Notes under the pieces: generated by a model
Database searches by the model: none
Told to the model about the DNA's origin: nothing
The model's input: the letters and a program-made list of their open reading frames with translations, nothing else
Program-made: the position numbers and the translations under genes
Source: a virus
Virus record (IMG/VR): IMGVR_UViG_3300010352_001565
Coordinates: 1-51,054 of that record
Reading direction: 5' to 3' (one strand)
DNA length: 51,054 nucleotides
Shown: positions 16,333 to 26,261 of the stretch, in pieces
Layout of the letters: each line of letters starts with the position of its first letter
Position numbering within the stretch: position 1 is the stretch's first letter

Positions 16333-17805
16333 ATGAAGTTAAACGCAACACTCGCAACATTGTTTATCGCTGGATCTTGTTATGCCGGCACACCGGTCAT
16401 ACTTCCGCTCGGAGGAGAGCGGAATCCCGCGACAAAAACGAACGTCGTAAATTGGTTGATTGACGGCATCAACCTTTACGGGCTGAATCCAATCGGCCAA
16501 GTTACCACGTCATCGAACGCCCTTCAAGGACAGATAACCACAACATCCAACTCTCTTGTCCTGTCGTCAAATTCGCTGCAAACTTCAATCACGACTGCAT
16601 CCAACGCTCTCCAGACGGCGATCACTACCACGTCCAATGCGCTTAACTCGGTCGGAATTACCACATCCAACGCTCTGCAGACCTCAATCACGACAACGTC
16701 GAATCAAATGATTACGGCGTCAAACAACCTTCAAAGCGTGATTAACACGAAAGCCGCGACAAACGCGACGCTGTACGCTACCCCAGGTGGGGCGTTTGTG
16801 GTGGACTCAATAGGTGCAGTAGGAACTAGCATGACAAACTACGCCGGAACTGGAGCAAACGGTGACGGGCTAATAGCGGGATCGTTTACCTCTGGTCGCT
16901 GGGGAGGAAACGGCGGATCATTTATTGCAACTGCGGGATCTGGAGGTAGCGGGTCGTCGCAGACGGCGCAATCTGGGGGCATGGGAGGAAACGGAGGAAG
17001 CGTCGCGCTGACTGCTGGAACCGGCGGTAACGGAGGACCAAACAACGGAGGAGCAGGTAGCGGCGGTGACGTCACTTTAAAGCCAGGAAGACCTGGAGTG
17101 CAAAACGGGAGTGGAGCTGCGGGGTCTCCCGGGTACGTTTATGTGGATGCTGCGGCAGGAGGGTCAGTCAGGGTAAGAGCTTACGCCGCGGTAGATCCAT
17201 CAAGCTCTAGCGTATACGCCCAGATCTACGCTAAAACAAACACCACGGGAACAGGAGGTACGATCGGATATGCCGAAATGTACGTCCGCGACGGATCAGG
17301 AAACGTGACCTTGATCAGCCCTCACGCCACCGACGTTCCAGAGTGGTTCATGGACCAATGGACGCCGAACCCGATCATCACAAAGCACTACAACGTCTAC
17401 CTCGGCCAGGTCTACTACGAGAACGAAACGCGGTCGCGCTGGATCGTCCAACTTATGGCGGCAGGAACTAACGTCAACGCCTGGGAGCCGAAGTACCGAC
17501 AGACGATGTACGTCGAAAGCTTCGATCAGTACAACGCGCGGCACGGTTTCACGAATGGCATGGACGGCTTCCTTAAGATCGAAAACTGGTATGTTGACGC
17601 CTCTGCAGAGAGGCAGGCGTACGACGCCGAATACCAAAAAAAGTCGAAGATATTTGAAATCCTATCTGCGTGGTACAAGCGAGGATACAACGATGATGGA
17701 GAGCCATTCACTGAGGAGCCTGGATTGCCGGCGTATAACCCTCCTCCTGCCACTCTCCCTCCACCCGAGTGGCTCTACAACCGCGGTATTCTTAACGAAA
17801 GATGA
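16333..17805 (+). CDS. Secreted or surface fibrous protein. It has a Sec-type signal peptide, about six 11-residue repeats (TTSNALQTSIT) and a Gly-rich region; it may be a tail fiber or adhesin-like protein.
   Basis: N-terminus MKLNATLATLFIAGSCYAGTP. The 33-bp DNA repeats at roughly 16500-16740 are coding hendecads. GGNGGS/GTGGNGG glycine runs. Confidence 0.5.
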   Translation: MKLNATLATLFIAGSCYAGTPVILPLGGERNPATKTNVVNWLIDGINLYGLNPIGQVTTSSNALQGQITTTSNSLVLSSNSLQTSITTASNALQTAITTTSNALNSVGITTSNALQTSITTTSNQMITASNNLQSVINTKAATNATLYATPGGAFVVDSIGAVGTSMTNYAGTGANGDGLIAGSFTSGRWGGNGGSFIATAGSGGSGSSQTAQSGGMGGNGGSVALTAGTGGNGGPNNGGAGSGGDVTLKPGRPGVQNGSGAAGSPGYVYVDAAAGGSVRVRAYAAVDPSSSSVYAQIYAKTNTTGTGGTIGYAEMYVRDGSGNVTLISPHATDVPEWFMDQWTPNPIITKHYNVYLGQVYYENETRSRWIVQLMAAGTNVNAWEPKYRQTMYVESFDQYNARHGFTNGMDGFLKIENWYVDASAERQAYDAEYQKKSKIFEILSAWYKRGYNDDGEPFTEEPGLPAYNPPPATLPPPEWLYNRGILNER

Positions 17806-18272
17806 AAGCTGTTGTAATCGCTGTTGCTCTCTCCGCCGTCCAAGCTATCGCTCAGGACGGCGGGGGTGTTTTAAAGAGGCCATTCGTATACCACCACCCG
17901 GACCCTCTTCGTTACTACGCACCGTTTGACATGCCGTTTCCGGCTGAGCATGTCGAGAAGTTCATGGATGCCAGCCGAACGAATGCGCTTGCATTCTGGA
18001 AAATTTTGCAGACGGACGACGTCAAGAAGATCCACGAGATGGCGCAGGCGCAGCTGACAGCGCACTTTCAGCTGATTGACCAGATGCACTTCTATCCGAG
18101 CCGCGATCTTTCGTGGCACGTCTGCTGCTCTCCTTCTTGCGAGTCAAATGGTTGCCCGTTCGTGTTCGATCTCGACAACATACGGCCAGGATACGCTGAC
18201 ACCTTCAAGTTCTGGTGCGACCACAGGACGGATACCAACACCGTCGTGATTGGTCCGAAGCCGTCGCAATAG
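17802..18272 (+). CDS. Secreted Cys-rich protein with a signal peptide
   Basis: MKAVVIAVALSAVQAIAQD N-terminus, then a Cys-rich C-terminus (CCSPSCESNGCPF..WCDH). Confidence 0.45.
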   Translation: MKAVVIAVALSAVQAIAQDGGGVLKRPFVYHHPDPLRYYAPFDMPFPAEHVEKFMDASRTNALAFWKILQTDDVKKIHEMAQAQLTAHFQLIDQMHFYPSRDLSWHVCCSPSCESNGCPFVFDLDNIRPGYADTFKFWCDHRTDTNTVVIGPKPSQ

Positions 18273-18279
18273 TTAGCGC

Positions 18280-20835
18280 GTGAGCCAAGCTACCATTTTG
18301 GAGGACACGCTGAAGAGTCTCGGCGGCGTCCATGCATCGATTGAGCGGTCGCACGCTGAGTCTGACCAGCTCGGGAAGTCTTGGTCCATTCTCTCCACCA
18401 TCACAAACGCTGTGTCTGTCGGCGCCACTGGGTGGCTGCTGAGCATGTCGGGCGTAGGGCGCCACGTCAAATCCATCTATCACGAGCTCAAAGAAGTGTC
18501 GCAGATGAAGGACTTGATTGACATCGGCAACGCAGACGAGCGCCTGGCGACCCTGTCAGAGTCCCTCGCATATCTCTCTGAGAAGGGGCTCAAAGATGGA
18601 AACGCCCAGTACGACCTAGCAAAGAAGCAGGTTAAGATGGCAGAGCTTGAGCTTCAGCAGATCAAGTGGAAAAATGAAGCTCGCAAGGAGTACGTTGAGC
18701 TCGGAAAGATTGAGGTCAAATGGCTGGTGCTTGCTGGAACGACCATTGCTGGGATGCTTTCCACGTCTCGGACTCTGAACGAGTCTCTGATTCATGCGAA
18801 CTCATCCATCGCAGCAAGATACGACCTTCTCACCAAGATTTACAAGGTTCAATCCGAAACCGGAGCCTCAACCAGAGAGATGTCTGTAGTTGCGCATGCG
18901 CTGACCGAGTACGGCATTGACCTCAACAGCAACTTTGCTGACAGCGCGAAACTAGTCTATCAGATGAACTCGGGGCTTGGAGTAAGCGTCCAGCACGGGG
19001 CGGAGCTAGTCAGCGCTTTCCAGCGTCTTGGAGTCGACGTTAGGAGCGTCGGCGATGGCATTGCAAGAGTAACTGCTGATACAGCTCTTAGCGCGGATGA
19101 AGCCTCGCGGTTTTCAATTAACATCGCTCGCGCGCTTTCGACGATGCGCACTGGAATGGGTAAAGGATCTAGTGAGGTTGCTGAGTTTTTAAACCGCATC
19201 GAAGGCCAGCTCAAATCTGCCACTGGCGTGACTGGCGAGCTTACAGCAATGTACACCAGGATGACCACGACCCTGGATGGCGCTGGCGTCGCTCACATGC
19301 TTGGCATCAAAAACATCGAAAGCCTCGGTGGAAAAGACGGCGCTGAGCGCATGACAAAAGCTTTGCGGAGTCTGGTTGACAACACTTTGCGCGGTCTCGG
19401 TGGAGATGCGCGCTTGAGCGCTCTTGAAAGTCTGTCTGAAATGACTGGAATGAGCACCCTTGCGCTTTCATCACTGAGCACAGCGATGGACGACGCAAGT
19501 AAGAAGATGGGCTCAAGGACGACCATTGAGCAGGCGTGGAAAAACCAGCTGGTAACGACAGGAGAAGCGGTAAACTCAATGATCGGGTCTTTGCGCTTTT
19601 TAGCCATTAAAGTTGTCCAGCCTCTTCTACTTCCGATTCAGATGCTATCAAAGGCGGCTGCTTCACTCATAGGAACTGTTTCAAAGATTCCAGGAATCAC
19701 AGTCGCTCTTCAAGGCCTTGCGCTGATGGCCATACCATACCTCATTAAGCAGGTTTACTCTCTGACTACAAGCCTTATTTTTCTAGCCAGAGCTGCAGCT
19801 ATGGCTGCTAAAAGCGCTGCTGCGGCCGCCGCTTCTCAAGCAACTGAGGGAACGCTTGAGCGCGGATCAGGAATTTTTGACGCCATTAAAGACATCATCG
19901 GGAACAAAGGCGGATCTCCTGGAAGAGGGACTCCGGGACCTGGACCCGCTGGTTTTGGATACGGAGGCGTGGTTACCAGAGCAGGAAGCGCTGCAGCAGC
20001 TGCAACATCAATGGAACGCCTGACCTCCGCCTTCACTAAGGGATACGAGTTTCAGAAGCTCCTTATGGTCGCAAGATTTGAGAATCTCAGATCGATGGTT
20101 GCGATGAGCAAAGCGTACCAGTGGGGAGCATCTGCCGTTACTGCCGCAAGCGGGGCGATCGGGAGAATTCCGACGCTGTTTGGAAAGGCGGCTTCGTCTG
20201 GTGTTTCATCCCTAGCAATGCGCATGCTTCTCCCTATGATGGGAGGCCTTGGAGCGGTAGCTGGAGCGGCTGTTCCAGTCATTATTGGGGCTGTTGCCGC
20301 CTACGGCCTGTACAAAATTGCAAACGCTGCTCTGGGTGGAAAGCTTGACAACTGGCAACAGAAGTTCTTTTCCAGCTTCATGGCTCAGAAGAAGGATTAC
20401 ACGAAGCAGGACGCCTTTACTACGGACGTCAAGAGAATGGTCCGCACAAAGACAGAGCAGGGCGCCTCTGCAAGCGAGATCCGCGACGCCATTGAGAAGG
20501 AAAAGAAGATTGGAAAGCTGAAAGGCCTATCCGATATTGACGTCGCCATTGCAATTGGAAAAGGAATGCGCGAGCGCGAAAGCCTGCTGACAGCCAAGCT
20601 CACAAAAGCACAGCTTAACCTTGGAACTGGACAGAGCGACCAGAAGACTGCTGAGTACCTGAAGAAGCAGCTTGAAGTGAACGAAGAGATTGCTGAGTCT
20701 CTCCGAGTCATGGTGTCTACCGCCAGAAAAGAAGCTCAGGAGAACGAGAAGCGCGAGAATGCTCGCGACAACGAAGCCATAATCCGATCTCTTGGAAATC
20801 ACATCGGGTGGGCTCCAGTTCCAGTAGGACACTAA
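18280..20835 (+). CDS. Tail tape-measure-like protein (851 aa)
   Basis: Long alpha-helical, Ala-rich protein with internal hydrophobic segments and a Gly-rich patch. Assigned to the tail by composition only; no direct gene-order support. Confidence 0.45.
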   Translation: MSQATILEDTLKSLGGVHASIERSHAESDQLGKSWSILSTITNAVSVGATGWLLSMSGVGRHVKSIYHELKEVSQMKDLIDIGNADERLATLSESLAYLSEKGLKDGNAQYDLAKKQVKMAELELQQIKWKNEARKEYVELGKIEVKWLVLAGTTIAGMLSTSRTLNESLIHANSSIAARYDLLTKIYKVQSETGASTREMSVVAHALTEYGIDLNSNFADSAKLVYQMNSGLGVSVQHGAELVSAFQRLGVDVRSVGDGIARVTADTALSADEASRFSINIARALSTMRTGMGKGSSEVAEFLNRIEGQLKSATGVTGELTAMYTRMTTTLDGAGVAHMLGIKNIESLGGKDGAERMTKALRSLVDNTLRGLGGDARLSALESLSEMTGMSTLALSSLSTAMDDASKKMGSRTTIEQAWKNQLVTTGEAVNSMIGSLRFLAIKVVQPLLLPIQMLSKAAASLIGTVSKIPGITVALQGLALMAIPYLIKQVYSLTTSLIFLARAAAMAAKSAAAAAASQATEGTLERGSGIFDAIKDIIGNKGGSPGRGTPGPGPAGFGYGGVVTRAGSAAAAATSMERLTSAFTKGYEFQKLLMVARFENLRSMVAMSKAYQWGASAVTAASGAIGRIPTLFGKAASSGVSSLAMRMLLPMMGGLGAVAGAAVPVIIGAVAAYGLYKIANAALGGKLDNWQQKFFSSFMAQKKDYTKQDAFTTDVKRMVRTKTEQGASASEIRDAIEKEKKIGKLKGLSDIDVAIAIGKGMRERESLLTAKLTKAQLNLGTGQSDQKTAEYLKKQLEVNEEIAESLRVMVSTARKEAQENEKRENARDNEAIIRSLGNHIGWAPVPVGH

Positions 20836-20836
20836 C

Positions 20837-21697
20837 ATGCTATTCTCTCCATTCACCGAAAATCGAGTTTACTCCCGCACTAGCACGTACGGTTTTGGAT
20901 CTCTGAAGTCTCTGGTGTCTCAGCTGACTCCGGCATCAGTGTCAGTCCTCACGGGTGGATCAACCGTGTCAAACGCGGTGATCATCAACTTCCCTGCGAT
21001 GCCTGATTCCATAGAGCTGGCGCGCAAGGCCAATTACGTCGTCTATGAGAATTTTACTGCGCCAGACGGGTCGCATCACAGGTACAAAGGAACGACTCCT
21101 CTGGAGATTCCGTTTTCATTTAAAGTGCATGCCTACGACTCCTCCTTCTGTCCTCAGGCCGGCCTTACGCTGCTTGACATTGCAGCCAAGCTTCATTCCT
21201 TAACTCTCCCGATCGGGGACAGCGCCCGTCTTATTTCTGCAACTTCTGCTGGAGAAGCGTTCACGCCAAAGCAGTCCGCAGGAGATGATGCAAAAGGGGC
21301 GGCGTCACCAAATACCGGCGACACTCCCACGCTTAACGACAAAGATGCGGATGCTGTGGCCTTTCCAGTCGCCGCAGTTTTGGATTTGATCAAGGCCGGA
21401 GGACAAGCTCCTGGCGTGCGCTGCGTGGGGTACGTCAAGGACGTTTCGACAAAGTTTGGTGGTCCGTGGATCTGCTCTCCAGACTTTACCCTGGTCAACA
21501 TTCCTACCACGCTTGAAGCCTCGTTCGTGTTTGTGCACCGCCCGAGTCACACCAACAACTTTGGAACAAGCCAGCTGTCATCGTCGATCACTCAGCAGAA
21601 CGTCCAGGCGTACGCGGACGACGTCAAGAAATCGCTGTACAACACGATGGATCTGGCTCTCAAGGTAGGAAACAGCTACACCGGCTACAAGCACTAG
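20837..21697 (+). CDS. Hypothetical structural protein
   Basis: 286-aa ORF coupled to the tape-measure-like gene. Confidence 0.35.
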   Translation: MLFSPFTENRVYSRTSTYGFGSLKSLVSQLTPASVSVLTGGSTVSNAVIINFPAMPDSIELARKANYVVYENFTAPDGSHHRYKGTTPLEIPFSFKVHAYDSSFCPQAGLTLLDIAAKLHSLTLPIGDSARLISATSAGEAFTPKQSAGDDAKGAASPNTGDTPTLNDKDADAVAFPVAAVLDLIKAGGQAPGVRCVGYVKDVSTKFGGPWICSPDFTLVNIPTTLEASFVFVHRPSHTNNFGTSQLSSSITQQNVQAYADDVKKSLYNTMDLALKVGNSYTGYKH

Positions 21698-23649
21698 CGC
21701 TTCCACGCGAGGCTCGTAACCCTGCCTTCTTTCGATACCTCGAGGACGTGATCGGCGTAATTCTGGACTTCCTCATGGTGGTCCACAATGAAGATCAGAA
21801 TCCCAAGCTTGTTTGCTAGCTCCTTGAGGTAGCTGAACAGACTGCGGCGCGTTGATGGCTGGAAGTTTCCAGTCACCTCGTCATACCACCTGAATCCGAC
21901 TCTGTTCCAAACCTGCCCGACTTCAGCGAATGTCTCAGCAACAATCAGGTTTGTCTCACCACGCTCGCCCTTCGAGCTTCCCTCTGCTCTCTTGCACCCA
22001 AGCTTGTTGTCAACCTTGATTGACAGCTGGCATCGGTCTTCACCGCTAGCGAGCGTCTTCGTGGTCGCGAATGACACATTAAGGGTCCCCTCGGTCATAA
22101 TGTGGCTGATTCTCTTCGCGATGTCGTTTAAAGGTGCCACAGAATCGCGCAGAATCATATTAGGGATGCCGGTTGGCCCATACCCTTCTACCCAGTAGGC
22201 TATGGCTTTCGTGGCCTCCTTAGCGTCACTGAATGAGGCAGAAGAGGTGTCAACTCGCAACTCAGCAGACTTGAGCTGGCGCTTCCGCTCACCGAGGACG
22301 GCTTCGGCGCGGTTAACCCTCGACGCATCGGGTCCTTGGCGAAGGACCGCTACCGAAGACTCCATGGACGCAATGTCATCCGACGCGGTTCTGATGGCGC
22401 GGTTTAAGGCTGAAATTTCATCTTCGACGTCCTCGCAATCCTCGCTAAGCTGTTTGACCTTATCCCGAACACCCAGCGCCGCGGTCTCTTCGTCAAGGAC
22501 GTTTAACTGGCCGTTGTAGGTGGAGGCGTCAGCAACAGCTTCAGAAACGAGAGCGTCGAATTTCTTTTGGCGCTCCTTGATCCCATTGATTTTTGCCTGT
22601 TGGTCTGAAAGCTCTTGAGCGCTGTGTCGGGCGTCCCACGGACGGTTGCACCTTGGGCATGACGTCGGAGCGTCTTTCATGGCCTGAAGCGCTCTTTCGG
22701 CGGCTCGCGCATTTGACTTTAGGTCTTCAATTCGATCAAGACGCCGCTGTCTGAACGACCGAGCCTGAGACAGTTTCTTGTTGATCTTCTGCTTCTTCAC
22801 CTCAATCTGGTGGTAGCTCTCAGCGCTGTCGTTCTCAAGCTTCCTTATTTTCGAGGTGATTTCCTTGATCTCTTCTCGCTTGTCAGCGACCGCATCCTGC
22901 TTTTTCTTAAGCTCCTCTCTGGCTCTGGAAAGACGGTCTTCCGCTCTCTGGAGCTTTTCAGAATGCTCGAGCTTTTCTTTCTCGTGGGCAGATCGCTCGC
23001 TGCTTAGAGTTTCCTCAGCATCGGAGATGTCCTGAGTCACGGTGTCGACTGCTCTCTTGGCCTCATTATAGGCTGACTCTGCGGTGGTTTCTTCCTTCTT
23101 GAACTTTTCAAGGACCTTCAAAGCGTGCTTGTGGTATTTTGACCACGGAGGGGTGGCAAGCGACGCCATCACGAGGTCAACCGCGTCCTTCTGGGACAGC
23201 GTTGCAAAGTTCAGCCCGCCGTCGATAAAGACCACCCACTCTGCCAGCTGAGGAGTTACCCCGAGGATTTTGATCAATTCCTCTCGAGTTGATGAGATAA
23301 CATCGCGCCAGACAACCTTTCCGTCGTGGGTGAACCTGAATCCCTCACCGGTTGAAGAAAGCTCAGAGCACTTGTATCCAAGTTCGACAACCAGCGGCTT
23401 TTCACCACGGTCTGCCTCGATTTTGACGTAGGAATTCTTTCCGGAGTCATCGCAGGCGTAGTGTGCGACTTGCGTAAATCTTCCCTTAACGCCAACTAGC
23501 GCTCGGCACAGAGCTTCACCGAGCAGCGTCTTTCCGGCTCCGATCGGGCCAGAAACGAGCACTAACCCACGGTCTGGAAAATCGATCTTCGCCTCGCGAA
23601 TAGTTCCCCAATTTCGAATTTCAACTGATTTTAGCTTAGCAGATGGCAT
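21694..23649 (-). CDS. SbcC/Rad50-like recombination ATPase (T4 gp46-like). The start was reassigned to MPSAKLKSVEIRNW.
   Basis: Walker A GPIGAGKT, a long coiled coil, a CPRCNRPW zinc hook and a C-terminal IFIVDHHEE Walker B/D-loop-like segment. Confidence 0.8.
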   Translation of the reverse strand: MPSAKLKSVEIRNWGTIREAKIDFPDRGLVLVSGPIGAGKTLLGEALCRALVGVKGRFTQVAHYACDDSGKNSYVKIEADRGEKPLVVELGYKCSELSSTGEGFRFTHDGKVVWRDVISSTREELIKILGVTPQLAEWVVFIDGGLNFATLSQKDAVDLVMASLATPPWSKYHKHALKVLEKFKKEETTAESAYNEAKRAVDTVTQDISDAEETLSSERSAHEKEKLEHSEKLQRAEDRLSRAREELKKKQDAVADKREEIKEITSKIRKLENDSAESYHQIEVKKQKINKKLSQARSFRQRRLDRIEDLKSNARAAERALQAMKDAPTSCPRCNRPWDARHSAQELSDQQAKINGIKERQKKFDALVSEAVADASTYNGQLNVLDEETAALGVRDKVKQLSEDCEDVEDEISALNRAIRTASDDIASMESSVAVLRQGPDASRVNRAEAVLGERKRQLKSAELRVDTSSASFSDAKEATKAIAYWVEGYGPTGIPNMILRDSVAPLNDIAKRISHIMTEGTLNVSFATTKTLASGEDRCQLSIKVDNKLGCKRAEGSSKGERGETNLIVAETFAEVGQVWNRVGFRWYDEVTGNFQPSTRRSLFSYLKELANKLGILIFIVDHHEEVQNYADHVLEVSKEGRVTSLAWKR

Positions 23650-23665
23650 GCTGTATTTAGAACGC

Positions 23666-24382
23666 ATGACGGCTCGTAGTATCATCGAACAGATCTTTTT
23701 CACAGGCGCGGTGTTTTTCGACACCTCTGGCCGCGGCTATATCGGTTCGAATGGGGTCTTCTTCATGCGCCACGACGGATCAAAGATCATTCCAGCTCTC
23801 GAGAAGTTTGTCAACCTGTGGTCGCGCTCAAAGAAAAATCGCGAGACCCTGATGATGGACCCGCTAGCATCTGCAGTAAGCATGATTGAGAGGCACGGAC
23901 TCGTGGTTATGTTTCATGGAATCGCCATGTACGACGTGGTGATAAGCCGCGACCGTCCAAAACTGACGCAAGATCAGCTCAACTGGATCGACGCGCACTT
24001 CTCGCAGGGTCTCGGAGAAAGCGTCCTCTGGTTCAAGACTATCGACGCTCCTCCTACCAAGACCACGGTGGGCGCACTTCTGTATGGCGAAAAGGAGCCG
24101 CGTAGAATGGACAAGGTAATTCGCCAAAAAACGAAGTGGGAAAAGAGGACGCCGGCAGACGACGAGTTTGACGCTATGGTGAACGACTACGCTGCGTCCG
24201 TTAAGCCTGACAACCGACCAGCCCACCAAAAACCGCAGCCCATCACGCACGCGCCGCCTCCTGGGTACGATCCAAAGGCGTCCGGAAAGAAGGATGTCCT
24301 TCGCATGCGTTGGACAAAAGGATTTCCAGCTCCAGCCAAGTGGTCTCCTAACCAAGATCCGAAGCTGACTGTGCACTCATGA
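23666..24382 (+). CDS. Hypothetical protein. The start is ambiguous: the track start at 23648 shares the CATG palindrome with the divergent gp46-like start.
   Basis: ORF with a plausible Met at MTARSII. Its stop overlaps the next start (ATGA). Confidence 0.4.
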   Translation: MTARSIIEQIFFTGAVFFDTSGRGYIGSNGVFFMRHDGSKIIPALEKFVNLWSRSKKNRETLMMDPLASAVSMIERHGLVVMFHGIAMYDVVISRDRPKLTQDQLNWIDAHFSQGLGESVLWFKTIDAPPTKTTVGALLYGEKEPRRMDKVIRQKTKWEKRTPADDEFDAMVNDYAASVKPDNRPAHQKPQPITHAPPPGYDPKASGKKDVLRMRWTKGFPAPAKWSPNQDPKLTVHS

Positions 24383-25704
24383 AGCCCATCTTGCAAAAAT
24401 TTACCTGGGCTGAAGTCTTCAGCGGTCCAGTGTTCGAGCGGCTAAGCTTTGCCCAGCTATTGCAGCGCAGCGAACCTCGCCGAAAAGTCAGAGCGCTGAC
24501 AGTCCGCGGACCACCGTTAAAGATCGCAACCGGATCTGACTCGATCTATTACATTTTCAACTTTAAGTCATTCCCGAGTACTACCGGTTTCCGCCACCAC
24601 GGGTTCATTAAGTTCCTTCGTCCTCGCCGACAAAAGCGACTTCAGGACGTTGAGTGCATTGTGGACTGCACATGCCCCGACTACAAGTACCGCTGGGCGT
24701 GGACAAACAAGCAGCGCGGGTCAAGCGTCGTGGGCGGCCAGAGCATGAACAAGGCCTGGAACAGAGCTCCGCGCATCACGAATCCAGCCGGTAAAGTTGG
24801 GTTGTGCAAGCACTTGATTGCTCTCCAAGAGTACATCGGAAATTCAATGTCTCCTGAGGTGTTTCCGTCTAGCGGCGGAAGCGAAGACCAGGATAAAGCG
24901 ATGCGGAAGTTGCTCAAGTACTCAAATGACCGCTGGGTCAACGTTCCGCCAGGTACGAGCGCGCAGGCGCTTGACCGAGAAGCCGAGGTGCGCGCAAACG
25001 CGCAGCGAAGAAACAGAGGCCAGGAGCCGTCAAACGCTCCGAGCGCTCCACCTGCCGTGGGAGATAACGCAGGAGTCGAAGCTCCAGACAAAACTTCGAA
25101 TCCTGAAAACCCGCGAAACCCAAACAACACACCAAACAGCGACACGCCTAATGGCGAACCCGAGCCAGGTGAAACTGAGGAGGGACTAGTAGTTAATGCA
25201 CATATGCAAGCTTTGAAAGACGCCCACAAATTGGTTGAAGAGCTGGAAGACAGTTTTCAAAATGAACTGAGTGGACCTGAAGCTGGTTCAGCCGGTGGAC
25301 CCGCTGGTCCTGACGGCGGATTTGGATCCGAACCCACGCCTCCTCAAGGTGGCCAAGACCAGGGTGAAGAAGCTCTCAGCCTGCTGAGAGACATCGCCTC
25401 TGGAATCCAGCGCCTCTCTACCGCTTTGGAAAATCCTGCGATGAACCCTGCTGCAGCCCCTGCGGCACCCGCTGCTCCTGCTGCTCCCGGTGCCCCTGGC
25501 GAGCTCGCTGTTCCTGAATACCCTTCTGGTGGCGAAGCTCCTGGCGCTCCTGCTGACGACCTCGATGGTCTCGAAGGTGGCGAAGGTGGCGAGGGTGGAG
25601 AGGGTGAGGGTGAGGGAGATGAAGGTGAAGAGGACGAACCACCCGCAAAACCCGCTCGGCGCCGCAGCTTCCGCTCTCCTGACGCCAGCAGAAACGCCGA
25701 ATAA
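24379..25704 (+). CDS. Putative SWIM-like zinc-finger protein with an acidic low-complexity C-terminal tail
   Basis: C-x-C (VDCTCPDY) ... C-x-H (LCKHLIAL) preceded by a beta-rich segment. The C-terminus has GEGGEGGEGEGEGDEGEED and PAAPA repeats. Confidence 0.4.
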   Translation: MKPILQKFTWAEVFSGPVFERLSFAQLLQRSEPRRKVRALTVRGPPLKIATGSDSIYYIFNFKSFPSTTGFRHHGFIKFLRPRRQKRLQDVECIVDCTCPDYKYRWAWTNKQRGSSVVGGQSMNKAWNRAPRITNPAGKVGLCKHLIALQEYIGNSMSPEVFPSSGGSEDQDKAMRKLLKYSNDRWVNVPPGTSAQALDREAEVRANAQRRNRGQEPSNAPSAPPAVGDNAGVEAPDKTSNPENPRNPNNTPNSDTPNGEPEPGETEEGLVVNAHMQALKDAHKLVEELEDSFQNELSGPEAGSAGGPAGPDGGFGSEPTPPQGGQDQGEEALSLLRDIASGIQRLSTALENPAMNPAAAPAAPAAPAAPGAPGELAVPEYPSGGEAPGAPADDLDGLEGGEGGEGGEGEGEGDEGEEDEPPAKPARRRSFRSPDASRNAE

Positions 25705-25709
25705 ATTTT

Positions 25710-26201
25710 ATGCACCCCGGAGAATACGCACAACCGCTGAATCGGACCACCTCAGGTTCGGCTCCTATCGAGTCGGGCTTTGTTGGTCTTCGCTTCCGTG
25801 CGTCTCAAAAACCGACAGGCACCACTCAAAGCCTCTGTCAGGTTCTGCTTGAGAACACTGGGAAGTCACAATTCACCGTGCTCATTCAGGGCACAGACAA
25901 TCACTCGCCTGCCGGCACGAGAGCGCAGCTGAGTGAAGTGGTCCTCATGCCTGGCGGCCAGAAGACAGTCAGCGTCACGCCAGTCACGAAGTACATCGAA
26001 TTCGAAGGCTCTGCGGGATCTGGAAATCTTAAAGTCCAGATTACCTCTGAAATCCGCTGGGAGCCTCTCGCGTTCTCGAAAGTTGACACTGAGTATGACA
26101 TCCTGGGTCTGACCCAAGCGGCTGACGCCGATCTGGATGCTTCTCGCGGTGCAACTACAGTATTTGGTCAATCAGGGAGTGCGGGTGAGGTGACCAGTTA
26201 G
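25710..26201 (+). CDS. Hypothetical beta-rich protein
   Basis: 163-aa ORF followed by a strong terminator. Confidence 0.4.
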   Translation: MHPGEYAQPLNRTTSGSAPIESGFVGLRFRASQKPTGTTQSLCQVLLENTGKSQFTVLIQGTDNHSPAGTRAQLSEVVLMPGGQKTVSVTPVTKYIEFEGSAGSGNLKVQITSEIRWEPLAFSKVDTEYDILGLTQAADADLDASRGATTVFGQSGSAGEVTS

Positions 26202-26228
26202 TCAGCATCAGAAACTGTTATCCATAGT

Positions 26229-26258
26229 GAAGCTCCTCCTTGTGGAGGAGCTTTTTAG
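26229..26258. terminator. Rho-independent terminator between convergent genes
   Basis: AGCTCCTCC-ttgt-GGAGGAGCT followed by TTTTT. Confidence 0.75.
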
Positions 26259-26261
26259 CAT

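Noticed and set aside
16500-16740. 33-bp tandem DNA repeats
   Set aside because: They encode the 11-residue protein repeats of the fibrous protein, not a non-coding satellite.
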